64,000 nt of DNA from Saprospiraceae bacterium. GTDB lineage: Bacteria; Bacteroidota; Bacteroidia; Chitinophagales; Saprospiraceae. The translations under genes were made by a program, and so were the position numbers. Position 1 is the stretch's first letter. Each line of letters begins with the position of its first letter. The DNA lies in NCBI GenBank assembly GCA_041392805.1, contig JAWKLJ010000001.1, positions 4,843,101 through 4,907,100 on the forward strand. The letters are read 5' to 3'. Positions 39,662-49,166 of this stretch are shown piece after piece. The notes beneath the pieces were generated by a model. That model saw only the letters and a list, made by a program, of their open reading frames with translations, made no database searches and was not told where the DNA came from.

Positions 39662-40414
39662 TTAAGCGCTAAACCATTCAAATACTTCCTTTAAGGCAAG
39701 GCTATCCTTAGCTGTGGCATCCAAATCGCGGGCAACTTGTCCATTTTTCATCTGAATAAGCCGATTGCCATATCGCAGTGCATCCTCCAAATCATGTGTG
39801 ATGAGGACAGTGGTAAGGTTATACTCCTTGATGATCCGTTCCGCCGTTTGCATCACAACTTCGGCAGAGTGGGGATCGAGGGCTGCCGTTGGTTCATCCA
39901 GCAACAGGATATCGGTATGATCCATCGTACTCATAAGCAAGGTGAGCGCCTGTCGCTGTCCGCCAGATAGCGTGCCCATGGGCTGCTGTAGTTTATTTTC
40001 CAAACCCAAACCCAAGATGGCTATTTTTTCCCGAACACTGGCCTTAAAAGCTTCAGTAATACCGATGCGAAGCCGCTTTTTGGAGGTGCGCAAGGCTGCC
40101 AACCTGAAATTGTCGAGGATGCTCAAATCTGGTGCCGTGCCTCCCAGTGGGTTCTGAAATACACGCGCAATCCATTGGCTACGCTTGTGTTCCGGTAAGT
40201 CAGTGACCTCCTCATTATGAAGAAGCACCTTGCCCTGGCTTGGTAAAATGGATCCTGAGATGATATTTAAGAGCGTCGTTTTACCCGAACCATTGGCTCC
40301 AATCAGGCAGACAAATTCTCCCTGCTTGATGTGCAAATCCACCTCCTTTAAAGCCACGACCTCGTTGACTTGGTCCCGGTTGAAAACCTTGGTGATATGT
40401 TGTAATCGAATCAT
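39662..40414 (-). CDS. ABC transporter ATP-binding protein
   Basis: Walker A GANGSGKTT, signature LSGGQRQAL, Walker B LLLDEPTAALD. I chose the start at MIRLQHITKVF, which overlaps the upstream permease stop by ATGA. The longer ORF-track start would overlap the permease gene. Confidence 0.85.
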   Translation of the reverse strand: MIRLQHITKVFNRDQVNEVVALKEVDLHIKQGEFVCLIGANGSGKTTLLNIISGSILPSQGKVLLHNEEVTDLPEHKRSQWIARVFQNPLGGTAPDLSILDNFRLAALRTSKKRLRIGITEAFKASVREKIAILGLGLENKLQQPMGTLSGGQRQALTLLMSTMDHTDILLLDEPTAALDPHSAEVVMQTAERIIKEYNLTTVLITHDLEDALRYGNRLIQMKNGQVARDLDATAKDSLALKEVFEWFSA

Positions 40415-41280
40415 GATGTTTCTTTTCGGATCAACCGTGGGATACCTACAATGGCCAGCACAAATAAAGCGGTAATAAGTTTTAACATATTCGGATTGAC
40501 ACCCAATGACAAGGCTACGGCCAGGACCATTTGAAATAAAATACAGCCTAACATTACAAATAACAGCTGCTGCCATATTCGCTGAACACCCAGCCAATTG
40601 ATCAGCGCATCGCCAATCAGGACAGAACCCAAACCGACCAATACTATTCCAATCCCCATATTAATATCCGTGAAACTTTGGTATTGGGCAACCAAAAATC
40701 CACTTAGTGCCGTTAAAGCATTGGCAATAGCCAACCCGATGATCTTCATCCGATCATTGTTAATACCCATGGCACGGGTCATCGATTCACTGTTCCCCGT
40801 GGCGCGCATAGCGATACCAAAGTCGGTCCGCAATAAATAAGCCAGGAACAGGCTCAGCACCACCAGAAATAGCAAACCCACCCAGACTTCATTGTAAATG
40901 GCCTTGTCAAAAATAGAAAGGGCCGTGAAGATCGTCTCCAGGTTGATCAATGGAATATTTGAGCGCCCCAGGATACTGAGGTTAATGGAGTACAAGCCCG
41001 TCATGACCAAAATGCCAGACAATAGCGCATCAATTTTAAAGCGGGTATGGACAAGCCCAGTCAGGGTGCCTGCCACTGCTCCGGCGAGAATGGTCAGGGG
41101 AATGACAGCAAGGATAGGCCATCCCTTGGTCAATAGCACCGCCGTAACGGCAGCTCCCAGGGTGTAACTCCCGTCTGTGGTGATATCGGGTATCCGAAAG
41201 ATTTTCATGGTAATGAATATCCCTAGGCCCATAGCAGAAAGACAAAGCCCTAATAAAAAGGCAGAAAGGTAAAAAACCAT
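40411..41280 (-). CDS. ABC transporter permease (COG4120-type)
   Basis: 289 aa with about 8 transmembrane helices. Operonic with the ATPase and the binding-protein genes (1-nt and 4-nt overlaps). Confidence 0.8.
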   Translation of the reverse strand: MVFYLSAFLLGLCLSAMGLGIFITMKIFRIPDITTDGSYTLGAAVTAVLLTKGWPILAVIPLTILAGAVAGTLTGLVHTRFKIDALLSGILVMTGLYSINLSILGRSNIPLINLETIFTALSIFDKAIYNEVWVGLLFLVVLSLFLAYLLRTDFGIAMRATGNSESMTRAMGINNDRMKIIGLAIANALTALSGFLVAQYQSFTDINMGIGIVLVGLGSVLIGDALINWLGVQRIWQQLLFVMLGCILFQMVLAVALSLGVNPNMLKLITALFVLAIVGIPRLIRKETS

Positions 41281-42266
41281 TAGTTTATCGGCTCATAGTC
41301 GGCAGGCACTTCAATACCAAAGCGCGCTGCGGAACTGGGGTTATAAACTTTTTTTCTCAACTTAACCATTTCCCATTTCAAGTTTGCAGTTGACCCGGCT
41401 TTGAGAAACTGAGCTGCTTGTTGGCCAGCTTGGTAGCCCCATTGGTAAATGTCAGCTCCGTAGGCGGCCACGGCGCCGCGATCGACCAGGCCTGCCTCAC
41501 TGGTGAAAACAGGTACATTAGCTTCGTTGCAAGCCTTGATAATTGTTTCAAAGGAGCCAAAGATGGTGTTGTCAGGATTGGCGAAAAAGGCATCAATATC
41601 CGCATTTAGTAAGGCCCCCGTGACCAAAGATACGTCAGCCGTTGTATTGACAGGTTTGGCGACCAACTCAATGCCGAGGTTCGTAGCCAAACCTTGCAGT
41701 TTTTCGAAGGCATCAACCGACTGCGGTTCAGATTGGTTATACAACAGGCCTATTCTCAATTGGTCAGCTTTAGGCTTTATCAGCTTGGGAATAATCGAAA
41801 AAGAGGTATCGATATAAGCCAGGTTATCTGCAACCCCAAATAGATTAGGAGGGGCATTACCCGCGGCGTCTTGTACATTCATCAAGGCCGGTGTAGGTGC
41901 GACCATCATAAAGATCGGAATGTCCTTGGTATTTTGGACGGCAGCAATTGTCGAAAGTGAAGGATTGGAAGCAATTAAGTCAACTTCCTGGGCAATGAAA
42001 TACTTGATGATTTGGGTAAGGGTGGGAATGTCACCTTGTGCATTGCGATAGATCAAGTGTAGCGTTTTGTCTTCTTCTGCATATCCGGCAGCCTTTAAGG
42101 CATCCAAAAAACCAATTTTAGCCTTTTCGATTGTACTATCCTCAAACGCATCCACAAAGCCAAGGTTTGGAATACCATCCTGCTTTTGATTACAGGCGGT
42201 GATTACGGTCAATATAGACAAAACCAATAATTTGGGAATCGTTCTCCAATTTTGCATGTTTCTCAA
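41280..42266 (-). CDS. ABC transporter substrate-binding lipoprotein (COG2984-type)
   Basis: Lipoprotein signal (LSILTVITAC). Periplasmic binding-protein fold. First gene of a three-gene minus-strand operon. Confidence 0.7.
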   Translation of the reverse strand: MRNMQNWRTIPKLLVLSILTVITACNQKQDGIPNLGFVDAFEDSTIEKAKIGFLDALKAAGYAEEDKTLHLIYRNAQGDIPTLTQIIKYFIAQEVDLIASNPSLSTIAAVQNTKDIPIFMMVAPTPALMNVQDAAGNAPPNLFGVADNLAYIDTSFSIIPKLIKPKADQLRIGLLYNQSEPQSVDAFEKLQGLATNLGIELVAKPVNTTADVSLVTGALLNADIDAFFANPDNTIFGSFETIIKACNEANVPVFTSEAGLVDRGAVAAYGADIYQWGYQAGQQAAQFLKAGSTANLKWEMVKLRKKVYNPSSAARFGIEVPADYEPIN

Positions 42267-42826
42267 TGGTTTAATTTATGATCGCAAGTAACGGTATATG
42301 TATGAAATGCCTTCCACCCAAAAAGGTTTATCAAAATTAATTTTTAAAGGTAATAATAAACCTGTTATCCAAAAAAGTGCTTTTGCAACAATAATCCACT
42401 CTTCTGCAACAATAAGGGAAACAGGGCATTAAAAAACCTTGCAACTTTGTATGGCAATGAAAACATCACATGAACAAACAATCCCAATTGCTATAAGAAT
42501 AATGGTAACACCTATTCGGTTTTTTTTCAGAAGAGGAATAATTGAAGCTTTAGGTCGTTGTTGGTAGACTGTCAAAAACGGCAGCTCTACCAATAACAAC
42601 TTTGGAAGACTTTCTATTCCAACAAAATAATTTCCCTCTTACTTTTTTATCCAACATGTTTGTAATCCCTTGAACTAATTCTTTTTTCAGTACCCAAACA
42701 AAGTTTAAAGAAAGAGCCTTCTAGTTGGAGGCTTTTTTTATGTATTCCCTGCTGGTATGTTTGTCTTTTCTAAGTCCCTTTTCATCTATTAGACTTGATT
42801 GTTTAGAAAATTAGCAACAACTTACA

Positions 42827-43873
42827 ATGGACAAGCGACTTTATGGAGTCGCCATGTCGCTTAAAACCCTGACTATTGTAATGCAAATTTTCGTCCGATA
42901 TCACCGCCATTTGGCTTGGTTTATTTGCTTTTTTTCTTTATCCGTTCCGCCTGCGCTTGGAAATAACGATGCATTAGATGAAATTTTTATTGCACCGGAA
43001 TTGCAATTTCCCCAAGCGGTTATTACCAATCCGAATACCATTTATATTCCTTTCAATTTAGTCGGCCGTCTGATCGCAGTGGAAGCTAAAGTAGACACGT
43101 TTTTAGGGACTTTTATCCTGGATACGGGAGCGGAGCGACTATTGCTAAATGAGAATTATTTCGGGAAAAATAATAACACTTCATCCGGACTGGCAGCGGT
43201 GGGGAATACCGGGCAGGTAGCAAATGTGGAGAATCGTTGGGTAGATACATTGCATTGGGATAATCTCTTTTTCAAAAATATACAAGCCAATATCGTTGAC
43301 TTGTCTCATATTGAAGCCAAGAAAAAAATTCGATTAATTGGCATTCTTGGATACAATGTGTTTAAAGATTTTGAGCTATTCCTCGATTTTCAATTGATGC
43401 AAATTACTCTTACGCGCTTGGATAAAAATGGGTTTCGGCTTGATTCTACTGCTATTTGGGAACAACCTTACGACAGCATAGACTTTAAATTAGCCAAACA
43501 TTTTATCGTCCTACAAGCGGAAGTAGGGGAGATTTCCTTGAGGTTTGGCTTGGACACTGGGGCCGAACTTAACCTGATAGATAGGAGGGTAAAGCGAAAA
43601 ATATTAGATCAATTTGAAATTGTGAAGCGGGTAAAAATGCTCGGCGCTGGCCAGCATACCATAGAAGTATTGGCGGGGGAATTAAAATCGGTGAAGGTGG
43701 GGAACCAATACATAGAAAGCATGCGTACCCTTTTGACCAGCCTTTCTGACATGAATGTTAACTTTGGCATGAGAATAGATGGTGTAATGGGGTATGAGTT
43801 CCTGGTCGACAGGCGTACCTTGATCAACTACACGCGGAAAAAGTTGTTTTTCTTTGAAAACCAAAGGCCTTAA
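42827..43873 (+). CDS. Protein with two retropepsin-like aspartic protease domains
   Basis: Two DTGA active-site motifs (FILDTGAERLLL and FGLDTGAELNLI) in one chain after an N-terminal transmembrane segment or signal peptide. Confidence 0.6.
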   Translation: MDKRLYGVAMSLKTLTIVMQIFVRYHRHLAWFICFFSLSVPPALGNNDALDEIFIAPELQFPQAVITNPNTIYIPFNLVGRLIAVEAKVDTFLGTFILDTGAERLLLNENYFGKNNNTSSGLAAVGNTGQVANVENRWVDTLHWDNLFFKNIQANIVDLSHIEAKKKIRLIGILGYNVFKDFELFLDFQLMQITLTRLDKNGFRLDSTAIWEQPYDSIDFKLAKHFIVLQAEVGEISLRFGLDTGAELNLIDRRVKRKILDQFEIVKRVKMLGAGQHTIEVLAGELKSVKVGNQYIESMRTLLTSLSDMNVNFGMRIDGVMGYEFLVDRRTLINYTRKKLFFFENQRP

Positions 43874-43876
43874 TGT

Positions 43877-44848
43877 ATGAGCCTAAAGGCGAAAATAAAT
43901 CGAAAAAGACTACTGAGTATTTTTTTATTATTCCTGGTAAATTGGCTGGCTGCCCAGCAAATATCCAAAGCTTATTTCTTTGAAGGAGATGAAGTGGTGT
44001 TTGAGTTTGATAGCCGTGATTATGCCAAGGCATATAAAGCAGGAACGGAAGAGCAATTGGATTTTGCGGATTTAAAAATTCATGAAGTCATTGTTTCTGG
44101 CAAGTTTAATGGCTGGGCGAGTGACAATTGGACAATGAAAAAAATCAGTCGCTACAAATACCAGTTGCGCAAAAAAATATGGGAATTCAATGACCCTTTT
44201 AAATGGGAATTCAAATTTCTGGTCAATGGCCAATACGAAGCAAGGCCGCTCAATGCTGAGCCCAATGCTAAAATTCATTCTAATGATTTTTTAGAGGATA
44301 CCTATAACCTGAAACTAGATAATATAAAACCCGCTATTAATGGAAATACCCTGTTTTCGCTCAAAGGGTTCTTACAGGCTGGAAAAGTGATTCTAGCAGG
44401 TTCTTTTAATGGTTGGAATGAAGATTACCTCAGAATGAGCCGGACGGATGAAGGCTGGGAGCTTCGTATCAACCTTCCGCCGGGCAACTACGAGTACAAG
44501 TTTATCGCAGACGGCAATTGGTTGCATGACCCCGCTAATCCCAGAAAAATAAGGAATGAACATGGTACGTTCAATTCCATTTTAACAATACAGCAGTTGG
44601 TCACCTTTCGCCTCAAAGGATTTCCTAACGCCAAGCAAGTCATCCTCGCAGGCTCTTTCAATGATTGGAATGAGAAAAAAACGCAACTTTCCCAGCAGGA
44701 TGGCCAATGGGCTATCACCTTGGAACTACCAGTAGGTAAGCACCTCTATAAATTTATCGTTGATGGCAATTGGATGGTGGACCCTGCTAATCCATTGCAC
44801 GAACAGGACCGAAAAGGCTATGTCAATTCGGTGCTACTGGTCAGGTAA
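43877..44848 (+). CDS. Protein with three tandem CBM48 / AMPK-beta glycogen-binding-like domains
   Basis: Signal peptide. Three repeats of ...V.L.GSFN.WN.......Q.G.W...L.LP.G...YKFIVDGNW..DP.NP.... Confidence 0.6.
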   Translation: MSLKAKINRKRLLSIFLLFLVNWLAAQQISKAYFFEGDEVVFEFDSRDYAKAYKAGTEEQLDFADLKIHEVIVSGKFNGWASDNWTMKKISRYKYQLRKKIWEFNDPFKWEFKFLVNGQYEARPLNAEPNAKIHSNDFLEDTYNLKLDNIKPAINGNTLFSLKGFLQAGKVILAGSFNGWNEDYLRMSRTDEGWELRINLPPGNYEYKFIADGNWLHDPANPRKIRNEHGTFNSILTIQQLVTFRLKGFPNAKQVILAGSFNDWNEKKTQLSQQDGQWAITLELPVGKHLYKFIVDGNWMVDPANPLHEQDRKGYVNSVLLVR

Positions 44849-46276
44849 TCATTGGCTTCCTCCCAACACTTTTCTAATGGCCTCCATCAATACTTCTTCT
44901 ATATCTGGAGCCACCCTGGAAGCCCGTTCACTGGTTTCGTAGCCGCCTTGGCTATAGGCTATTCGGGTGCCTATATATCCAGGCCCATATTCTTCATAGG
45001 CTGCAGTACAAACATGTGCTGTTGTCAGCATTTTTTGCGCCGCCAATTGGTATTCAACAAATAGTTCGCCCGGCAAATTCAATAAGCACACCTGATTCAG
45101 GTGCAAAGCCGATACGCTTACCGATTTTCCGGCCTTGGTTCGCCTTAGCCAGGCGAGGTCCTTGGCTGCATACATTTTCTTGTCGGGGTCAACAGCAGGA
45201 TCAGCCAGTTGGGCGATTAAGGCTGGTTCGGACAAGTGTTTTCCCAGCGGGAGCTTTACGGCAACACTATTCCAGGAAAGGTCCGCTGAAGTTATAGGTG
45301 TTTTGGTGGTTTGCTCCCAGGCTTCGCGCATCGCAGCCTCCATTCGTTGCGCGAGAACGGGCCGCATCTCCACGGAGCCATCATTGTATTTCCCTGCAGC
45401 AATGTTGCCACCAGCCCCATTGAAGTGGATATGTGGTAAATCGCCAAGTGCTTGTTCCCTTGCACTTCTTGCTATGCCAACAAATTCTGACGTTACCTCG
45501 CCTTTCCCATAATAACTTTGAGGATGAGTGGCATAATAAGTCAATACGACAATAGCCTGGTTTCCATTCCAAAAACTAACGGATTTTAGCCAAGGATCAA
45601 TTAAACCCTCTGGCGCAGCAATAGCCACTGGATCTGTCGATTTACTCCAACGAATAATACTCACCTTTCCATCTGCTCCCAGAATCCGCCGGTTCGAAGC
45701 CACTTTTTCGACTTTTGCCTGGCCAAACCCCATATGCGTGACTGGCTGGGCATTTTTTTTCGCTTCTCGAACAGCCTTAGCCGCGGCTAGAATGGTCTTT
45801 TGTAGAAAAGGCTTATCATAACGCGTGCCGCCCAGGCCATATTTTTTCATGATCTTTTCACTACTGAAGTCACAACGAGCGCCATCGTGTTGGTGTAAAG
45901 TATGTACCGAAACCCGGTCGACAGTGGTGTTGGCCGCTTTTGCCAATTGTTTTTTCCAAGCCTCCAGGCCACCATTGGCAATCCCTAACCAATCGACAGT
46001 ACAGAGTACAATGGGCTTTTCCTTGGATAATATAATGATTCCCCTCGCACTGAGGGGGTCCGTAATTTCCTTTACCGGGGCATAGGCAACCGGACTGCCA
46101 ATAGGGGGCGTAGCATCTATCCTAAAGACCCCAATGCTTATTGCTTGCGGATTTCCAGTAGTAGAAAAAAGCAGCATGAAGATCAGCACATTGATCTTTA
46201 ACGATGGAAGCAGTAATTTTTTTCTGCTGCTTAAAAGAAATTGTAATATCTTTTGGACGGAGAAGAAGTCGTTCAT
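44849..46276 (-). CDS. Hypothetical secreted protein, possibly neutral-ceramidase-like
   Basis: Signal peptide. Weak resemblance to the neutral/alkaline ceramidase N-terminal region (RIDATPPIGSPVAY; LSARGIIIL...VDWLGIAN). I chose the start at MNDFF to avoid overlapping the HiPIP gene. Confidence 0.4.
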   Translation of the reverse strand: MNDFFSVQKILQFLLSSRKKLLLPSLKINVLIFMLLFSTTGNPQAISIGVFRIDATPPIGSPVAYAPVKEITDPLSARGIIILSKEKPIVLCTVDWLGIANGGLEAWKKQLAKAANTTVDRVSVHTLHQHDGARCDFSSEKIMKKYGLGGTRYDKPFLQKTILAAAKAVREAKKNAQPVTHMGFGQAKVEKVASNRRILGADGKVSIIRWSKSTDPVAIAAPEGLIDPWLKSVSFWNGNQAIVVLTYYATHPQSYYGKGEVTSEFVGIARSAREQALGDLPHIHFNGAGGNIAAGKYNDGSVEMRPVLAQRMEAAMREAWEQTTKTPITSADLSWNSVAVKLPLGKHLSEPALIAQLADPAVDPDKKMYAAKDLAWLRRTKAGKSVSVSALHLNQVCLLNLPGELFVEYQLAAQKMLTTAHVCTAAYEEYGPGYIGTRIAYSQGGYETSERASRVAPDIEEVLMEAIRKVLGGSQ

Positions 46277-46312
46277 TTTTCTTTTTTTTACCTTTTGAAA
46301 TTCTAAGCCACC

Positions 46313-46660
46313 ATGTTTCAACGTTTCTCTCGTCGACAATTTTTAAAAAAACACTTCCACATGACGGTGTTTTTTGGCTTTATACTTGCCGCTTGTCGAC
46401 CCAAATCGCCATCCGCTGAAGCAGAATCAAAGGCCATTCAGTCGAATGCCTGTGACGATTTATCGAGCCTGAACGAAGCGGAAAAGACGCTTCGGCAAAC
46501 TTTTGGTTATGTACGGGAATCACCAGTTGCTGATAATCACTGTAATAACTGCAACCTTTGGATCCCAAATGAATCGGATAAAGCTTGTGGCAAATGCCTA
46601 TTATTTAAAGGGCCGGTTTATGCCACTGGTTATTGCACGTATTGGGCACCTCAATTATAA
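46313..46660 (+). CDS. High-potential iron-sulfur protein (HiPIP) with a Tat / lipoprotein signal
   Basis: Twin-arginine motif SRRQFLK, a lipobox (ILAAC), and four Cys in HiPIP spacing (CNNC...CGKC...GYCTYW). Confidence 0.6.
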   Translation: MFQRFSRRQFLKKHFHMTVFFGFILAACRPKSPSAEAESKAIQSNACDDLSSLNEAEKTLRQTFGYVRESPVADNHCNNCNLWIPNESDKACGKCLLFKGPVYATGYCTYWAPQL

Positions 46661-48772
46661 GTTTAAAATGCCTTGGATGATGCCTTTTGTCACTTCATCA
46701 GCATTCGCTTCGATTTCTTTGAGTTGTGTTATTAAAGCCATATCTGTCTTGGGTTTTACTGCTGATTTTTCCAGGCCCTCTGCCAAACCTTTCAAGCCCA
46801 TCAGTTGCCATTTTTTTTCTTTTGCCAAGTCAGGAAGAGAAAGCAGGGTTAAAAAATGGGTTAACTCCTTGGGTTTATTACGTGCGCCAAGCACCTGGGA
46901 AAACGCCGCTACAAAATCCAATTTAAGCGCTAGGGTGTCTTGAAAAAAAACTTTTTGCTGGATCAATGACTCAAACAAATCAAGAGAAGAACCCGGTTCA
47001 CTACTTAGTACGGCTGTCCTAATCCAGGGATCCGCGCTATAGTTGGTCATCACTTTGGCTAAGGCGGCAACCACCTCTCCCCCTGAAAATTGTCCAAGGC
47101 TCAGACTCGCTTGTAAAACGACCCGTGGCGAAGAATCTTCTACACTTTCTATCAATAGGGGGAGACATTCCGGGAATTTTTCAGAAAAAACAATCCCATT
47201 TTCGCGAATACCAGGATGGGGGTCCTCCATTGCCAACTTGACTAATTCTGCATCCAGTAAATTTAACCCTTCTAGTACAAAAAAAGCATGAAGACGGGTA
47301 CGGGGGTCTTCGTGGGTTCTAAACAAGGTCCTTAATTGGGGTTCGACGGAATGGTCCTGGCGTTTTAAGAGTAGCCTTTGTGCCTGCATTCGTTGCCACC
47401 TATTGGGGTGGGTCAGTAGATCGACATATTCAGCACTGGTTTTATGGCTAAGGTTAGGAAATCCCTTTGCCTGTGCTGAACTACCTTCGGGCATAATACG
47501 ATAGATCCGCCCATGCTGGCTGCCATTGAGGAAGTCCATCTCCGCTTTTAGGTCTTCTGGAATGGAAAGAGGCGTTTCAATATGTTGGCGGTACATATCT
47601 ATTACGTAAAGAAAACCATCTGGCCCTACCGTAAAATTAACAGGACGAAACCAAGGATCTGTAGAAGCCAGAAATTCTTTATTTTGCTCAGCCTCATGCC
47701 GTTTGGCAATAAAAGTAGGGCTATTATCGAGTGGGCTAAGCACATCCCTATGGATCAGGTTACCTGCCACGTCTCCTATAAAAATATTGCCATAGGAATC
47801 TGGTGGAAAAGCGTCTCCTGCATAAAAAGTACTACCTGAAGCACCCGTGAAATGATCTTCGGCATACTCTACTCTGTCCAGGTTTTGTTCTTCATAACTT
47901 TTTTGCCTGCGTTGGGTACGTTCGGCTCGCCAATAAGGTGGAGGGGTTTGTTGATACATCAGCAAGTCGTGATCAGAAATATTATATACCGCCGTGGTCG
48001 CAGGCAGGTATGGATGACGGTGTAAATATCGATATGGGATCACCGCATGCCTGATATGAAGGGTGTTTTGAGCCATAAAACGATGCCCCCAGTCGTCGAT
48101 GGCCTGGCCAAATTGTGTTGGACCGGTGGCTAGTTCAAACGATCCCCGATCCAGCCGAAAACGGAAATCTCCTCCTCGCATAGAAAGGGCTGGAAGGTCG
48201 GGCCTTCGGTTAAAACTGACTTCTCCAGCTTGGCCAAAGTTGGCTGCATAAATCCAATTATCGATACTGAATCGAAGATTCGTAATTTGTGCTTCGGAAT
48301 TGTTTTCAAAAAAACCAGTGAAGAGCACTTCTTTCTGGTCAGCTTTTCCATCATTATCAGTGTCTTTTATCAGTAATATATTGGGGGCGGCCGTTACTAT
48401 CAGACCTTCGTCCCAAGCTAAGACACTAGTTGCTTCTGAGAGCTGATCCGCAAATAGAGTGGATTGGTCAATCTGCCCGTCACCATCTGTATCCACCAAC
48501 CTGCGAATTCGACTTTTGCCTTGACCCGGCTCAGGCTTATAAGGGTAATCGGGCATTTCCACCACATAAATATCACCATTTTCATCAAAAATCATTTCTA
48601 CCGGATCGAGGACAAAGGGCTCGGCAGCAAATAATTCAATTTTATATCCTTCTAATAACTGAAAACTTTTCAGTGCTTCCTGCGGAGAAAGGGATGCACT
48701 ATAGTGTTGCTCAGAACAGGATAGCCCAAAGCAGGTAATCAGCCACACAAAAGGAAGATAATAAAGCTTCAT
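46655..48772 (-). CDS. Membrane-bound dehydrogenase-like beta-propeller protein with C-terminal HEAT repeats
   Basis: Lipoprotein signal. Glucose/sorbosone-dehydrogenase-like propeller motifs (DGDGQID, DTDNDGKAD). C-terminal HEAT/armadillo-like helical repeats. This architecture is typical of the TIGR02604 family. Confidence 0.65.
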   Translation of the reverse strand: MKLYYLPFVWLITCFGLSCSEQHYSASLSPQEALKSFQLLEGYKIELFAAEPFVLDPVEMIFDENGDIYVVEMPDYPYKPEPGQGKSRIRRLVDTDGDGQIDQSTLFADQLSEATSVLAWDEGLIVTAAPNILLIKDTDNDGKADQKEVLFTGFFENNSEAQITNLRFSIDNWIYAANFGQAGEVSFNRRPDLPALSMRGGDFRFRLDRGSFELATGPTQFGQAIDDWGHRFMAQNTLHIRHAVIPYRYLHRHPYLPATTAVYNISDHDLLMYQQTPPPYWRAERTQRRQKSYEEQNLDRVEYAEDHFTGASGSTFYAGDAFPPDSYGNIFIGDVAGNLIHRDVLSPLDNSPTFIAKRHEAEQNKEFLASTDPWFRPVNFTVGPDGFLYVIDMYRQHIETPLSIPEDLKAEMDFLNGSQHGRIYRIMPEGSSAQAKGFPNLSHKTSAEYVDLLTHPNRWQRMQAQRLLLKRQDHSVEPQLRTLFRTHEDPRTRLHAFFVLEGLNLLDAELVKLAMEDPHPGIRENGIVFSEKFPECLPLLIESVEDSSPRVVLQASLSLGQFSGGEVVAALAKVMTNYSADPWIRTAVLSSEPGSSLDLFESLIQQKVFFQDTLALKLDFVAAFSQVLGARNKPKELTHFLTLLSLPDLAKEKKWQLMGLKGLAEGLEKSAVKPKTDMALITQLKEIEANADEVTKGIIQGILNL

Positions 48773-49037
48773 AATGGAATAATTTTATGCCCTTGAAGAA
48801 ACGCCTATTCGTTGTACCTTAGATTAGTAAAGGACCTTACTGAAAAATACATAGTTCTATGCTTTATCCAATCGTTTTCGAGTTTTTTCTTTTTGTATGG
48901 TAAAAAGTAAAGGAACCATATAAGGCATATAAGGCGCATATAAGATAAGGAGCCATGAGCACTTATATGGCCTTAAATTTCTTATATGGCAAAAAAAGAT
49001 ATTATCTTGAAACCAAAACGATTTAGAAAAAAATCAA

Positions 49038-49160
49038 ATGAGTATAACAAAGCTATATCTAAAAGATTTGGTTTATCAGGTAAACGGAGCTGCTATTGAG
49101 GTTCATAAAGCACTCGGGCCAATCTATGCATTCTGCGATAAATTTTCATGGTTTAAATGA
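49038..49160 (+). pseudogene. Truncated remnant (40 codons) of a GxxExxY-family protein gene
   Basis: MSITKLYLKDLVYQVNGAAIEVHKALGPIYAF... matches the N-terminus of GxxExxY proteins (GAAIEVH..LGPG), but a stop follows after 40 aa, whereas full-length members are about 120 aa. Confidence 0.4.
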
Positions 49161-49166
49161 TGCCTT

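Noticed and set aside
39662-40597. Longer 311-aa version of the ABC ATPase ORF
   Set aside because: The N-terminal 61 codons overlap the upstream permease gene in another frame and are Cys/Gly-rich with no homology. The internal Met at 40414 gives a canonical ATPase N-terminus and an ATGA overlap with the permease stop.
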